Source of the DNA: Octopus sinensis
Taxonomy: Eukaryota
NCBI RefSeq assembly: GCF_006345805.1
Contig: NC_042999.1
Span: forward strand, 113,460,001-113,524,000
DNA length: 64,000 nucleotides
Direction of reading: 5' to 3'
In this document: in pieces, positions 48,332-61,900 of the stretch
Position numbering within the stretch: position 1 is the first letter of the stretch
Layout of the letters: the number at the start of each line of letters is the position of its first letter
Program-made: the position numbers and the translations under genes
Notes under the pieces: generated by a model
The model's input: the letters and a program-made list of their open reading frames with translations, nothing else
Databases searched by the model: none
Told to the model about the DNA's origin: nothing

Positions 48332-48573
48332 CATAAAAGCACCATCCGAACGTGGCCGATGCCAGACCCCTCTGGCACCTGTGCAGGTGGCACGTAAAAA
48401 ACACCCACTACACTCGCGGAGTGGTTGGCGTTAGGAAGGGCATCCAGCTGTAGAAACACTGCCAGACTAGACTGGAGCCTGGGGCAGTCCCGAGCTCCCC
48501 AGACCCCGGTCGAAACCGTCCAACCCGTGCTAGCGCGGAAAACGGACGTTAAACGATGATGATGATGATGATG
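48332..48573 (+). mobile_element. Young RTE-3'-tail-derived short element ending in (GAT)n
   Basis: GGCGTTAGGAAGGGCATCCAGCTGTAGAAAC...GGACGTTAAACGATGATGAT; CpG-rich. Degraded copies occur at ~31330-31560, 36080-36210, 40860-41010 and 63550-63720. Confidence 0.85.
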
Positions 48574-48964
48574 TCTTGTGTGTCATAAAATATGACTGGT
48601 TCTAGTGAAATGTTTCCTTATATTTTACTAATATGCACCACTCATGGAAAATACAGTCCTGAACTGTCTTTTACACTTTACAGATCTAATGATACATGGT
48701 ATGCTTTCTAGGGTGTAAAATTTTTATCTCAGATAAGTGGAATTCTCTAATTTTTAAGTATCTGATATGCCATTATTCTTATTAAATATGATACTGAGCA
48801 CAAAAAAAAAAACAGGACCTATGAGGAAATAACCTGAAAACAAAGGAAATCTCTAGTTTGAAGTATGTCTTCAAAACAGTTTGTTATAAAAATGACCCTG
48901 TTCCTTGATTTCAGTTCCTCTTTTAGAGTAATTTTCAAATATATTTATGATGTCTTAAAACTGT

Positions 48965-48995
<31 letters not shown>

Positions 48996-50744
48996 AAGCA
49001 TAACCAAGTTTCTAAAAGTAATCAAGACTAATATTTAATTAGTCTTTATCCACATAAAATGTTTAGCAAGTTTGAACTTATTGGCTTCAGATATTTCAGT
49101 AAAAGCTTAAGTCTTATCAAAGAAATGAGGAATAGTGGCAAATAGTGACAGACAAATTAATATTAGATCAGTTCTGTTGATGATCATTGTCAGAAATAAC
49201 AGCAACATCATTATTTTAACAACTTTTTCTTGCTGACATTCTTTAGACTTTTCATCTTGTCTGCAAGCCTCAACACATTCTCAGAACTTACCACATTTCA
49301 TGTCCTCTTTTTCTTTGCCTCTACTATGAATTCTCTTCCTCTTACAACATATTCCTACCTAGTAGGCATCATCTATTTGTATTACATATCAATACCAATA
49401 CAGTCACATCTTTCACATATATTGTTCAATGTGGTTTTAATATCCAGCATCTTTCTCAGTTCATTTGTACTTTGCATGTATGTTAACACTTAAGTAACCG
49501 CTTTGTTACTGCTCATATCTCTCTATTCTTCATACATCTTTCGCATTCAATACTTGACTGTTCTCATACAATATCATACTTCATTCAGTTTGCCATTTCC
49601 TCACAGAGAAATTTTGTTTCAAAGTTAGTAATACACCTACTATTACCTGTCCTTAGACATCTGTATCTAAATTCCTGGTTTCCTGCCAGTCTACAAGAGA
49701 TCCCACTGCATGTTTTCTGTACTCATTTTTTAATTTGGTTTCTCCTAGATCCCTTTCTACACACTTTCCAGACTGTTCTTTATTATGAGTAAAGTTAATT
49801 TAATTTTTTTTTTTATTTTGTATGTATGTGCATGTCTGTGCATTCATCCTCTTTGTATTTAGTAATTTTTCAGTTTGTTTCATAGCTGTTATATGATTTC
49901 TTTTGATTTTCTCCAAATGATTTATCACCAACTTTAAATCAAAACTCGGGATGCATACAAAGAATTACTTAGCAATTGATGTGTTATTCCATTTTCATCA
50001 TTATCTATTAATGATTAGGACTTCTTAATGGTGCATAATTATCCTCTGTTAGTTGTCTTCTATTTGTGTTAACAAGAATAGCTCTGTTTTCCAAAGTAGA
50101 AAGATGTACAATTGAAATACACACACATATGCACACACACAATGCATCTGGGAAGAGTCATATTAGCCGTTTTCAAAAAAATAAAGTAAAAGATTGTTAA
50201 TTTCTTGATTCCTTATTGATGCCTTAACAGTGTTTTTCTATGATGTACTATAGAATATATCTGTTGGTTTTTAGCCAGCTTTGACAATGTAGACAGATGT
50301 AAACAACTTATCTTTTATATTGTATTTACATAAGCAGAAAGTGTGTGATCAGACTGCTATCAGTAGGAGTTTCGGGAAATCAGATTAGCCAGTTGACATA
50401 AAATAACACATTCTTAGCAGCTAGTTCAATTATTATTGTAAGCAATATCTCTTTAGATAGTTAAAGCGAGTGCTCAGTTGCTGTTGAGGTTCACATATAA
50501 TTATCTCTATATAAGAATAGCCGACCTAAATATTAGTTTGTTGCTTCTTGGTTGATTTTGCCAGTCACCCTTTACATTTATAGGGAGAAGTTGAGAGTAA
50601 AAGGAAGAGATGGTATAAGAAGTGTAGGATGAGTGGATATACTAGACTTAGTGGCAGGCAAGGAGCCTTTCTCACATACACTATGATAGGAAGAATCATG
50701 GAGGAGGAGGAGGAAAGGGAATGAATGTAGTTGGCTGTAGCTGG

Positions 50745-51330
50745 AAAAACGTCTTGCATTCCTTTGTTATTGCCTGGAGGGCTACAATGAACAAGAAGGG
50801 GCTGAGCACTGATCCTTGGTGAACCCCTACTTGTATCCTAAATTCTCTGCTGTACTCATTGCCCACCCTCACCTTACTGGTAGCGTCCCTGTACAAGGCT
50901 TGTACGGCTCTCACCAACTACTCATCTATCCCTAGTTTCCACATTGACCACCAGATAAAGGATCGGGGTCTCTGTCAAAAGCTTTCTCCAAGTCAACAAA
51001 AGCCAAGTACAGAGGTTTATCTTTGGTTAGGTATTTCTCCTGCAGCTGCCTTACCGGAAATATAGCATTAGTTTTGCTTCTCCCTTGCACAAAACCAAAC
51101 TGCATCTCATCTAGACTAACTCTCTCCCTAATTAGTTGGGCTATGACTCTCTCTGTAACTTTCATCACCTGATCCAACAATTTGATATTTCTGTAATTAT
51201 TTCTATCTAAGGCATCACCTTTACCTTTGTAGCAGTTGACTAGGATGCTGCTACACCAGTCATTGGGTGTGACTCCTTTGTGAACCACCTGATTTATAAT
51301 ACAGGTGACTAGACCATAACCCAAACCTTG
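50745..51330 (-). mobile_element. RTE LINE reverse transcriptase fragment (motifs 0-5)
   Basis: PNDWCSSILVNCYKGKGDALDRNNYR, QFGFVQGRS, FVDLEKAFDR, VGVHQGSVLSPFLF. Confidence 0.92.
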
Positions 51331-54005
51331 AAACTCAATATGTATTTGATTTCACTTTAGTAACTCTTGTGAAGCACTCAAAAAAGAACCTTAGTAGATG
51401 GAAATTGTGTGGAAGCCCATCATATATAATGTATATATAATTTAATTGAGTAGTGAAATTCAATATGCTTCTGGTGCAGACAGTTGGTTAGCTTCAAGCA
51501 TAGAAAATACTTGTATTGATAATACAAAGGAGATGGTAATCAGACAGTTAAGTTTGTTAATCAATGTATTCACTACACTTCATTTCATATCAAATTAAAT
51601 AGGAATTCCTATAAGATGACAACTGTTGTACAACTCCAGTATATAGCAACAAAAGTTGCTATTTATGCGATAAGTCTGGGTGAAGAAAATGGAATAGGTA
51701 GTTATGTACTACACCTGTTTCAAAAGACTCACCAAAAATATTATTATCTACTTATTAGTCCATTGTCATAATGAATTTGTCAAGAGAAACCGGGAAAAAT
51801 TTTGAAAATTTCAACAGTCAAAAGGGGAGTGGAAATAGGAATCAGTCAAGCACCGAATCACTTGCTTCCCGTACAAGCAAACTCCAGTGAAGTAGAACAT
51901 GGTGTGGCTTTCTAAGAAGGTAATTCCCTATCAGTATAAATGAGGCAGTTTTGGAGAATTCGGTGGTGATTAATATTATCACTATATGGTAATAAAATTG
52001 AAAAGACAGTGCTGAGGCAATAACAGTGGAAAAAGTAAGATACTAGAAACAGTGTTGTTTGTAAGATACTTGTACTCACACAAACCCATTAACAGATGTC
52101 AATACATTATATTCTTATCTGCATATACTTACACATACTACATATACTTTACATGACACTGGTATCTGCCACAGCTGCTATTTTGTTCATACAAGCATAT
52201 ATATGAGAACATTTATATATATAAATATATACATGTACACATGCATACTCTAAAAATACAAAAAATTATGAATATATGCATTAAAAAAATCACACATTAT
52301 TAAATCTTAAGTATATACACATATACTCACACACATGCATATCAGGTGTGACTATTGTTCACCAGAATATCGATGGATGCACACCTGTGTGTGTAACAAT
52401 GTAAATTTATGTTTACGTGTGCATCTATTGTGAGTGCATCTGGTTATTTATGCATTTAGACATGCTCATTTGTGCTTGGTGTGAATATATGTATTTATTA
52501 ATGTGTGTGCATATGAAAGTTTGCCAACATACTTACGTTATCTGTATGTCTTTATCCTGAGTAATTGTTCTATTAAATCCATTACATGGTTCTATGCCAG
52601 TTAATCTGGAAGCTGGCATGTAAACATGGTATAGATTTAATGGTAGGGTTACTAGATATAAATAACCTACATAGTTTTCAAGTGGTTATAGATTATCTTT
52701 ATGTTTGAACATGCAAAACCATAAATAAAAGATGCGTGTTTGTCACTTGGAAGTACATACATAATAAAAAATTCCAAGTACAATCATATCTGGTGTTCAA
52801 CCATTCAGTATTTTCAAGTATATCAACGAAAATTTTAATGTAATGCAACAAAGATTTATTGGATTTCTATGAGAATGTAGATTACAATTCATATAGAATA
52901 AAATATTCATTTTCCTAGAAAGACAAAGATCAATATGATCATTATTTTTAGTAAAATGTTCAGCATACTCAAACATCTTAATGCTTTTTCAATTTCTGAT
53001 ATTTTTATTATTTTAAACTCAAGATATGTTTTGACAAGTTTTTGTTAGACCTTTTGGGATTCCAGAAAGTATATAAATGTTGATTAAATCTTAGATTAAA
53101 AAGATCTTCAGTCATCCTGACACTTCTTTTCACACCTTAAACTAAAGGCAAAATTTTCAATGGACAATTTATAGGTTAAAACAATTTTATGAATTGAAAG
53201 AATTTGTAGTCAGACATCTAAGATTTTTACTACCATTTACTATTTTGTAGCAAAATCTGGTATTTAACCAAAACTTTATTTAACATTATTCTTATTCAAA
53301 ATGTTACATCTGTACTTTAAAAATATTATAAGTGTTAAACCAAGCAATTTAATGTACCCTATTTTTAAATGCTTCATTTTGACTTATAGTGACAAAAAGA
53401 AATTAACTGTCAATGAATATTAAGACATAATTTTTATTAAATTAAATATCCTTTACTTATTTATTATTGAATGATAGAGCAGCACATGCCAGCAACGTGA
53501 GCTGGAGTACAAATATACAAAACATAATATACCCATCATGACTACCCGTCTGATAACGGTGTGCATGACACAGTGGCCTCATATCAAGGTGAACGGTGCA
53601 TGACCTTGCAGGCCGGACCCAGTTAGAATTTTCTTCAGGTTGAGTAGACTATATTACTCAAAGGGTCCCTGAACAGTTAGGGATGATGAACGAAACCCCC
53701 ATATTTTCAGGGAAGAATTATTCAAATCCTAAAGAATCCTTTTCAACATGTGGCTATGATGCTCCTCCACTACTCCTACTCATCATCAGAGATGCATGTA
53801 TTGTCAGCCACTAAAGGACATGCTCAACTGGTTATGGTCAAGCCATGTGATTTTTGCCATCAACATGCAAAACTATATCAGAAGTAGATTTTTGAAAATA
53901 ATCAAGTGAAAATTTTAAAAACTTCAAGTGGCTGGGAGAAATTTTTATAAATACAGACACACTCACACACACACACATGTGTGTATGTATATATATATAT
54001 ATGTA

Positions 54006-55238
54006 TCAGGTCATCCCACAAGTTCTGTCTGATTTTACCTTTTTTAAGATTGAATGAAATTTAATAGTATTTTAGAATGTCTAATGAAATTAAAAATTAT
54101 TTTTATGCATTTGTGTACATTTAAACTAATTAAATATTATTTTACAGAATAATAGAATTAAAATTTCTTTGATTAAAACACTTTCTAACATGGAAGTATC
54201 CAAAGAGCATTTGAGGCACATAATGCTTTATGAGTACAAAAAAAGGAAACTCTGCAGCTGAAGTGACTTGAAACATACACTCAGTTTATGGGAAAGAATG
54301 CTTGAATGAAAGAACTTGCAGAAGATGGTTTGCAAAATTCAGATGTGGAGATTTCAGCCTTGAAGATGAAGATCAAACAGGACGCCCAGTCGAGTTTGAT
54401 GATAAACTCCTTGAGGCATTACTTGAAGAAAATCCTGCATTATCAGTTAAAGAATTGGCAATAAAGCTTAGTTGAAACCATACAACTGTTCATTGTCATC
54501 TTCAACAACTTGGAAAGGTTCTTAAACTTGGAAAATGGGTGCCTCATGAATTGTCCAAAAGCAACTGCAAATCCCGAGTTGACATTTGCTCTTCTCTCCA
54601 TTCTCGCGAACTCATTTCACCCTTTTTGGACAGACTTGCGACTGGTGACAAAAAATGGATTTTTATCGAAATGTTAAACGTCATAAACAGTGGCTTGGTA
54701 AAAGAGAAAAGGCTCAACTACAACCGAGAAGGGAACTTCATGGGAAAATGGTTCTTCTCTCTATCTGGTGGGATAGTCTACTGTCAGCAATTAGAGTGTT
54801 TGAACAAAGCTTTGAAGAAAAAAAGACTTGCTTTAGTGAATCGAAAAGGAGTGATGTTTCATCAGGAAGATGTGCAACCCCACACTGCATAGATCACATC
54901 ACAGAAGATCGAAGAGCTTGGTTGGGAAAAAATTCCTCATCCACCTTATTCTCCTGACCTTGCTCCTTCAGGCTACCATTTGTTTCGTAGTTTCGTAGAA
55001 TCATTTGGAGGACATAACTTTCGCAAGCCAAGAGGAGGTCGAAACTGACATTTCAGAGTTCTTCACTTTAAAACCAAAAGAGTTTTACATTAATGGGATT
55101 AAAAGGCTTGTAAATAGATGGAAGGAAGTCATAGATAATCAGGGAAAGTACATTGATGATTAAATTTCAATTAAATATAACATTTGATCACTTGTTTTCT
55201 TTATTTAAAATTAGGACAGAACTTACAGGATGACCTTA
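54006..55238 (+). mobile_element. Full-length decayed mariner transposon
   Basis: TA|TCAGGTCATCCCACAAGTTCTGTC ... GACAGAACTTACAGGATGACCTTA|TA; 1233 bp. Confidence 0.93.
54190..55163 (+). pseudogene. mariner transposase pseudogene
   Basis: MEVSKEHLRHIMLYEYKK, GDFSLEDE..GRP, WVPHEL, TGDKKW, FHQEDVQPH, HPPYSPDLAPSGY (third catalytic Asp changed to Gly); several stops and frameshifts. Confidence 0.92.
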
Positions 55239-55339
55239 TATATATATATATATATATATACACACTTACATTACTATGATTTGTTTTGATTCTCTATTCA
55301 TGTTTAGTGCTTATCTGGTGTTTGAGAACGTCAGAAGCA

Positions 55340-55655
55340 TATGTAAATGTCAAACAATGAGTATGAGCGCTCAACACCGCATTGGTGTATAAAGATTCTT
55401 TGTGTATTAAGGCTACCATTGGTTTCATGTTAAGAGAATATCTTAATGTCTTAACAATTTTTCAAGCTGATCACAAGGAGAAATTGGTGTTCATTTCCAT
55501 TTTGGATTATAACATGTGAGTGACTTGAAAAATTATTACGATATTAAGATAATTTTCTTAACATGAAAGCAATGTTAGCCTTAATACACAAATAAAGAAT
55601 CTTTATCCATCAATGTAGTGTTGAGCACTCATTCTCACTGTTCAACATTTATGTA
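55340..55655. mobile_element. Foldback MITE-like element, ~130-bp imperfect arms, ~37-nt spacer
   Basis: 55345-55477 versus reverse complement of 55515-55651; visibly similar with scattered substitutions and small indels. Confidence 0.8.
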
Positions 55656-56104
55656 TACATGCATACAGGAAGAATCTTGTTTGTAGATTTACAATTGGAC
55701 TTTTGTTGTAGTAGTCATGATGTTTTCGTGATCTGATGATCTTGCTTTCTTTATTTGCCTTAATTTTGTGAATATTAAATTCTGTTGTATAATGCTGAGC
55801 ACACATGAATGCAAACATGTATCCATAATTCCTTGTATATTGAAATTTATACTACATGAAGGTTGTGAAATGGCATAATCCTATGGAACTCACATGATTA
55901 AATAAATCTACCTTCTTCACCCATACCTTCTGGCTTTGTTTTTATGTACTTCTCAGAGAATATTTTTATTGATAATATTTTCTAGATTTTCAGTTACATG
56001 GACACTTTACATTACACTTCTTTGTAATTGATTATTATGTGGACTGATAGCCGAGTCTGTATGAAGAGCTTACTGTGATAGCTGCATGATTTTCTGAATC
56101 CATC

Positions 56105-56137
<33 letters not shown>

Positions 56138-56250
56138 ATACACACACACACACATGCATACATACATACATACATATATATATATACATACACATACATA
56201 CACACACATACACACACACACATATATATATGCACATATATTTATACATA
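56105..56250. repeat. Compound (TA)n/(CA)n/(TACA)n microsatellite
   Basis: Directly visible. Confidence 0.9.
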
Positions 56251-56732
56251 TGCATGATGCATATTTGTGATGAGAATTTTTTTTAAACTGTGAATCCCAT
56301 TTTTTTTAATTTGAAAGATACAATATTTACATCTATACTAAATGTTGATCACTTTCATCTCTGATCATTGCCAGGTGTCTACCTTTTGGATTTGTACATA
56401 ATACTAAGGTGGATTCAAACTGGGAACCTCTATTTCTAAACTAAAGATGGTAACACTCTTATCCACTAGGTCACTAGCACAAGTCTGCTATTAGTTTAGA
56501 AATGAAGGTTCCATGACCAAATTGAGTTTGATACTATTTAGAAATTCAAGAATAAGACACTTGCTGAGAGTTGGAGATTAAGGTAATTGAAACATAGTCT
56601 AGCTGTAAAGCTGAAAAAAATAGATGGAAATCACATTTGTTGATTCATATTGATTTATGTACCATTATGTAAATGACTACTATATTTCTATTTTAGACAG
56701 GAACATTTTTTAAGCTTGGCTATCTCATTTAA

Positions 56733-57160
56733 CCCTTTTGTTACCATATCAATGTTGAAATACACTACATTTGTTTAATTTAATTTTGAAAATATTGAAG
56801 AATTTAGTAAAATAACTGTCATTATTAAGCTTGTGAGCTGACAGAAACATTAGCATACCAGGTGAAATGCTTAGTGACATTTCATCTGTTTTCACATTCC
56901 ACGTTCAAATTCTGCTAAGGCTGACTTTGCTTTTCACCCTTTCGGGGTTAATGAAATAAGTACTAGTCCAGCACTGGGGTTGATGTAATCGACTTATTCC
57001 CTCCCCCAAACTTGCTGGCATTGTGCCAAAATTTGAAATCATTATTAAGCTGGTGTTTGGAACATATGAAATTCTGGTAGGCTTTAAATTTAGATCACTT
57101 TACAACTGAATTTGTTTCATAGGCAGAAGAGTAGTTTCAAGTGAGTTGGTATCAAAAGGG
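56733..57160. mobile_element. piggyBac-type MITE carrying a nested family-A SINE (56832-57039)
   Basis: TTAA|CCCTTTTGTTACC ... GGTATCAAAAGGG|TTAA; the SINE is flanked by the 12-bp TSD CATTATTAAGCT (56820-56831, 57040-57051). Confidence 0.9.
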
Positions 57161-59439
57161 TTAAACATCATAAGTCTTACTCACTGAACGAGTTTTCAAA
57201 AATCAATTCTATGTAATTTTCCCAAGAATGTATCACTAATTTCCTTCAGACACTCAAAAGTAAAATCCTTAGCATCTTTCATGATGCTATGGGATTATGA
57301 GTTTTTCTTTTTGTCTGTTTTATTTTTATGTATTTAAATTTTACATTTTATAAAAAGGTATTGTAATAAATGAAATCAAAGGGGAAATGTATAAACAATA
57401 AGCTGTTGATGTTGTTAATATTTTAAATGTCAAATGTAATCAAATAAAGTTTGGTTCTAATGTGAGATATGTGTTCATTACATTTGAAAGTTAAAACTGA
57501 AATTGCTAAATGGAAAGATCTATTTTACATTCAATTTGTTTGTTTGTGTTACATATGTAATAATAGCCCTGAATTACCGAAATAGTGTGTAATAGTCATA
57601 TTTATTCAGTGACTGGTACTCACTCCTAAAACTGAAAACTGCTCAGATGTGATGAATGCGGCTTAACATGACCTGACATGACACAACTTGTGACATTCTT
57701 TTGGATACTGACTCTAACTCCCACCACCCCTACATCTTGACCTAAACTAGTTTTAAGTTCACCTCTCCACCGATAAATTAGTGTTAGATCAGAGCACTTG
57801 GCTCAACTATTGATTTTCTTCTTCTGCAGAGCGTATGAAAGGATACCCTCAAAATTTTCCACGTGAGTAACGGAATATGAAATCTCAATTTTATTTCAAA
57901 TGCCTACTATAGCTATGGGTTTCTGTTTATTTATTACATTTATTATATTTATTATTTTGGAGAGAGGAATATGTGATAATAATAATGATGATGATGATGA
58001 TAATAATAATAATAAAAAAAGGGTTAGTGTTTTACTATTTTTTAAATTACCTAATTTTGGATAAGAAAGTAACCATTTTTATATATACTCTACTATTTAA
58101 ATTGGTTTTAAATTTTTAGACTAAAAGACTGATACGCATGTGCATTTATGTACACTCACACATACATATGTGTACATATATATTTATATGTCCAGTTCTC
58201 TTTCAAGGAAACATTTTGTAATCCTTAACTGAGTTGTGAAGGGGAAATAATAAAAAATATTTCTTGCTGGCTGAAAAAATTCAATTATGTATATATAATT
58301 TTATCCAGAACTGTTATAGAACATTAAGTTCTTTAGTGCTTCAAGATGAAACCAGACAATGATTTTCATATTGCAGTCGCATTGTATGTTCTCTTTATTT
58401 TTAGTGTTCTCTTGTTATTAAAACTAATGTTATCATTGTTGCAATGTTGTGAAATTGTCTTTGTTGCCCCATATGGCAAGATAATGAAGTTAGCATTATT
58501 TTTTATTAATATTTGAGGATGGCACATCACAGATTTTGTAGATTACTATACAAAATACTTTATAGTATTTAGCTGCATCCCTTTATATTTTGAACTGAAA
58601 TCCTGCTAAAGTTTATTTTGTCTTTCATCCATCCTGGATTGATAAAATACCAGTCAGATACTGAGTTCAATATAGTTAACTGGTCCCTACCCCCAAAATT
58701 TCTGGACTTGTGCCTATTCTACAAAATTATTATTATTGTTATTATTGTTACAATTTTGATTATTGTTGTTATTGCTATTATTATGATTGTCAATCTGGTG
58801 GATACAGTAATGTGGTGGTAAGTTTTTGGTGAACTCAGTGGTTTGGTTTCAATCCCTGATTGAAATTGAAGCACCTATTTCACTAATGCCTTTGGGAAAG
58901 GCATGAACTTTGTTTCTCATACCCTGCATTCTTAAGTCTTCAAGTTTAAGTGAAACATTATGCTTGTGGTGAGTGTTACAATGCAATGGTAAGTTCTTGA
59001 CAAACCAAGTGTGCCATTCAGTTTTGATTCTAAATTTATACCATTTCTACATTGTTATTACTCTTACGGAAGATATGAACTACACAATTTCTCATTCTTC
59101 TCAGACATGTATGTAAGAAACTATATTACAAGTTTGTGCATGGTTTCTTGAATGGCAACAAAAAGCAGCAAAATACCACACAAATTACACTTTATCTTTT
59201 CAGATTGCTATATTTAAAAAAAAGGACCCAAAAAAACTATCTTTGGTCATAAGTCTGCTTGGTCAAAGTATGCCTGAGGCCTAACAAAAACTTTTTATCA
59301 TACCACTGCAGTGTCTGCTCTTGAGCAAAGAACCAGTGAACCATATGGATTGATAGTATCTACTAATTGCCTCTTTTCAAAAATTGCAGGCATCATGCCT
59401 AAATTAGAGACCATTATTTTGAATGTGATGGATTGACCA

Positions 59440-61900
59440 AAACATTAGTGCGTTGAACAAAATGCTTTTCAGTATTTGTTTCTGCTCTTTACATTTCGAG
59501 TTCAAATTCTACTAAAGTCAACCTTTGCAGAATTATCAGTTTGTCAATAAAAACGATACTTAGCAGCAATACTTCCTGCTCTCTACATTCTGAATTCAAA
59601 TTCTATTGAGGTTGACTTAGCCTTTCATCCTTTTGGGCTTGATATAATCAATCGAACTCTCCTGCTAAGTTTACTGACTTGGTGCCAATATTTGAAACCA
59701 TTATCATTACAAGAGATAAATTATAAGAATCACTAGCATGTCGTAAAAATGCCTTGCGTTATTTGATTTGGCCAACATCAACTTTGCCTTTCATCCTTTT
59801 AGGATTGATAAAATAAAGTTCTAGTTATAGATTGAAAGTTGATTTCATTGATTATATATGTACCCCATCCTTAGAAATTTAATACCCTGAGCCAATGCAA
59901 AAAGACTATGTAAAGAGCAGAATGCCTGTCTAAATGTCTTGCAGTATTCACTTATGTCCCCTTACATTTCTAAGTTATGTTTCTGTTGAAGTTGACTTCA
60001 CCTTTCATACCTTCTGGAGTTGTTTACATTAGGTGCTAGTTGTATACTTGAGTTGATTTCATTAACTGTAACCATTCTTCAAAATGTGTGACCTTTTACT
60101 GATATCAGAAGTCATTATTATTACTATTAGAGTTACAACCTTGTTTTAACTAATCAATCAAAACTGAAAGGCATCACTCAGCTAAAATAACCAAACTTCA
60201 AATTTGTTTAAAATGTTAATAATAATAATAATAATTTTTTTCTAATTTTGGAACAGAGCCAGCAATTTTAAGGGGAGGTGTTTAGTTGATACCATTGACC
60301 CTTGAAATTGATTGTACTTCATTTCATTGACCCCCAAAAGGACAAAAGGCAAAGTTGACCTCAGCTGGATTTAAACTCGGAACATAGAGAGCTGGAACAA
60401 ATACTGCAAAGCATTTTGTCCAAGGCTCTAATATTTCTGCCAGCTTGCCACCTATAATGATTATTTTTAGGCCAGAAATTTTGGGTTGAGGGCATTAGTC
60501 AATTACCTCTTCTCCCAATCCTCCCATACGTGACAGGTGCTTTATTTAACCAACCCAGAAAGAATAAAAAAGCAAAGTTGCACTCAGCAGGATTTGAACA
60601 CAGAACTTTTTGCTTTTGTGTTTAAATCCCACCAAGATCAACTTTGCTTTTCATTCTTCTGAGATGGATAAAATAAAGTACCAGCACCTGTTCCCTTCAA
60701 AAATGCTTAAGTCAGAAACCATTGTTATTCGAGCTGGCAGAATTATTAGCACTCTGGTCGAAATGCTTAGTGGCATTTCACCCATCTTTATGTTGAGTTC
60801 AAGTTCTGCCATGATGAACTTTACCTTTCATATTTTTCGGGGCCAATAGAATAAGTACCAGTCATGCACTGGGTCATTGTAAATGATTTACCTATTCTTT
60901 GAACTTGCTGACCTTGTGCCAAAGTTTGAAACCATTTACAATTATTATTAAGGCAGTAAGCTGGCAGAATTGTTAGCATGCCAGGTGAAATGCTTAGCAG
61001 TATTTTGTCTGCCACTACGTTCTGAGTTCAAATTCCACCAGGTCAGCTTTACCTTTCATTTTTTTCGGTGTCAATAAAATAAGTATCAATTGAACACTGG
61101 GGTTGATGTAATTGATTCATCCAGACCCCCCAAAATTGCTGCTCTTGTCGAAAAAATTTGAAACCATTATTATTATTATTATTATTATGGTAGCAAGCTG
61201 ACAGAATTGTTAGCATACCAGGTGAAATGCTGCAAAGCATCTGTTACTGTTCTGAGTTCAAATTCCACTGAGGTCGACTTTGCTTTCATCCTTTTGGGGT
61301 AGATAAATTAAGTACTGGAGGTCAGTGTAATCAACTAGCTCCTTCCCCCAAAATTCCAGGCCTTGTGCCTTTAGTAGAAAGGATTATTATTATTATTATT
61401 GTACACTGACAGAATTATTAGCATACCAGACAAAATGCTGCTATCATTTTGTCTGTCTTTACATTCTGAAACAAGCTAGCAGAATCATTAGCACGCCAAA
61501 CAAAATACATAGTGGCATTTTGTCTGTTTTCATGTTTTGAGTTCAAATTCCTTTAAGGTCAACTTTGCCTTTCATCCTTTTGGGGTCAATAAAATAAGCA
61601 CCAATTGAGCACTGGGGTCGATGTAATCGACTTACCCCATCCCCTAGAATTGCTGCCCTTGTGCCAAGATTTGAAACCATTATTATTATTATTATGTAAT
61701 GAGCTGGCAGAGTCATTAGCATACCAGACAAAATGAATTGTGGCATTTCTTCCAGCTTTACATTCCAAGTTCAAATTATGCTGAGATTGACTTTGCCTTT
61801 CAGCTCGGTAAAATAAGTATCAGTTGAGCATTGGGGTTTATGTAATCGACTAGATTGCTTCCCTAAAATTTCAGATCTTATGCCTATAGTAAAAATAATT
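59440..61900. mobile_element. Dense array of roughly a dozen family-A SINE copies/fragments, mostly plus, two minus
   Basis: Repeated heads (GCTGGCAGAAT.GTTAGC), B boxes, CTTTGCCTTTCATC bodies and (ATT)n tails; minus copies at ~60240-60440 and ~60470-60605. Confidence 0.88.

Noticed and set aside
32480-51330. RTE fragments at 50745-51330 and 32480-33750 as one element split by 17 kb
   Set aside because: They overlap over the GVHQGS region and the upstream piece has its own junction, so they are independent copies.
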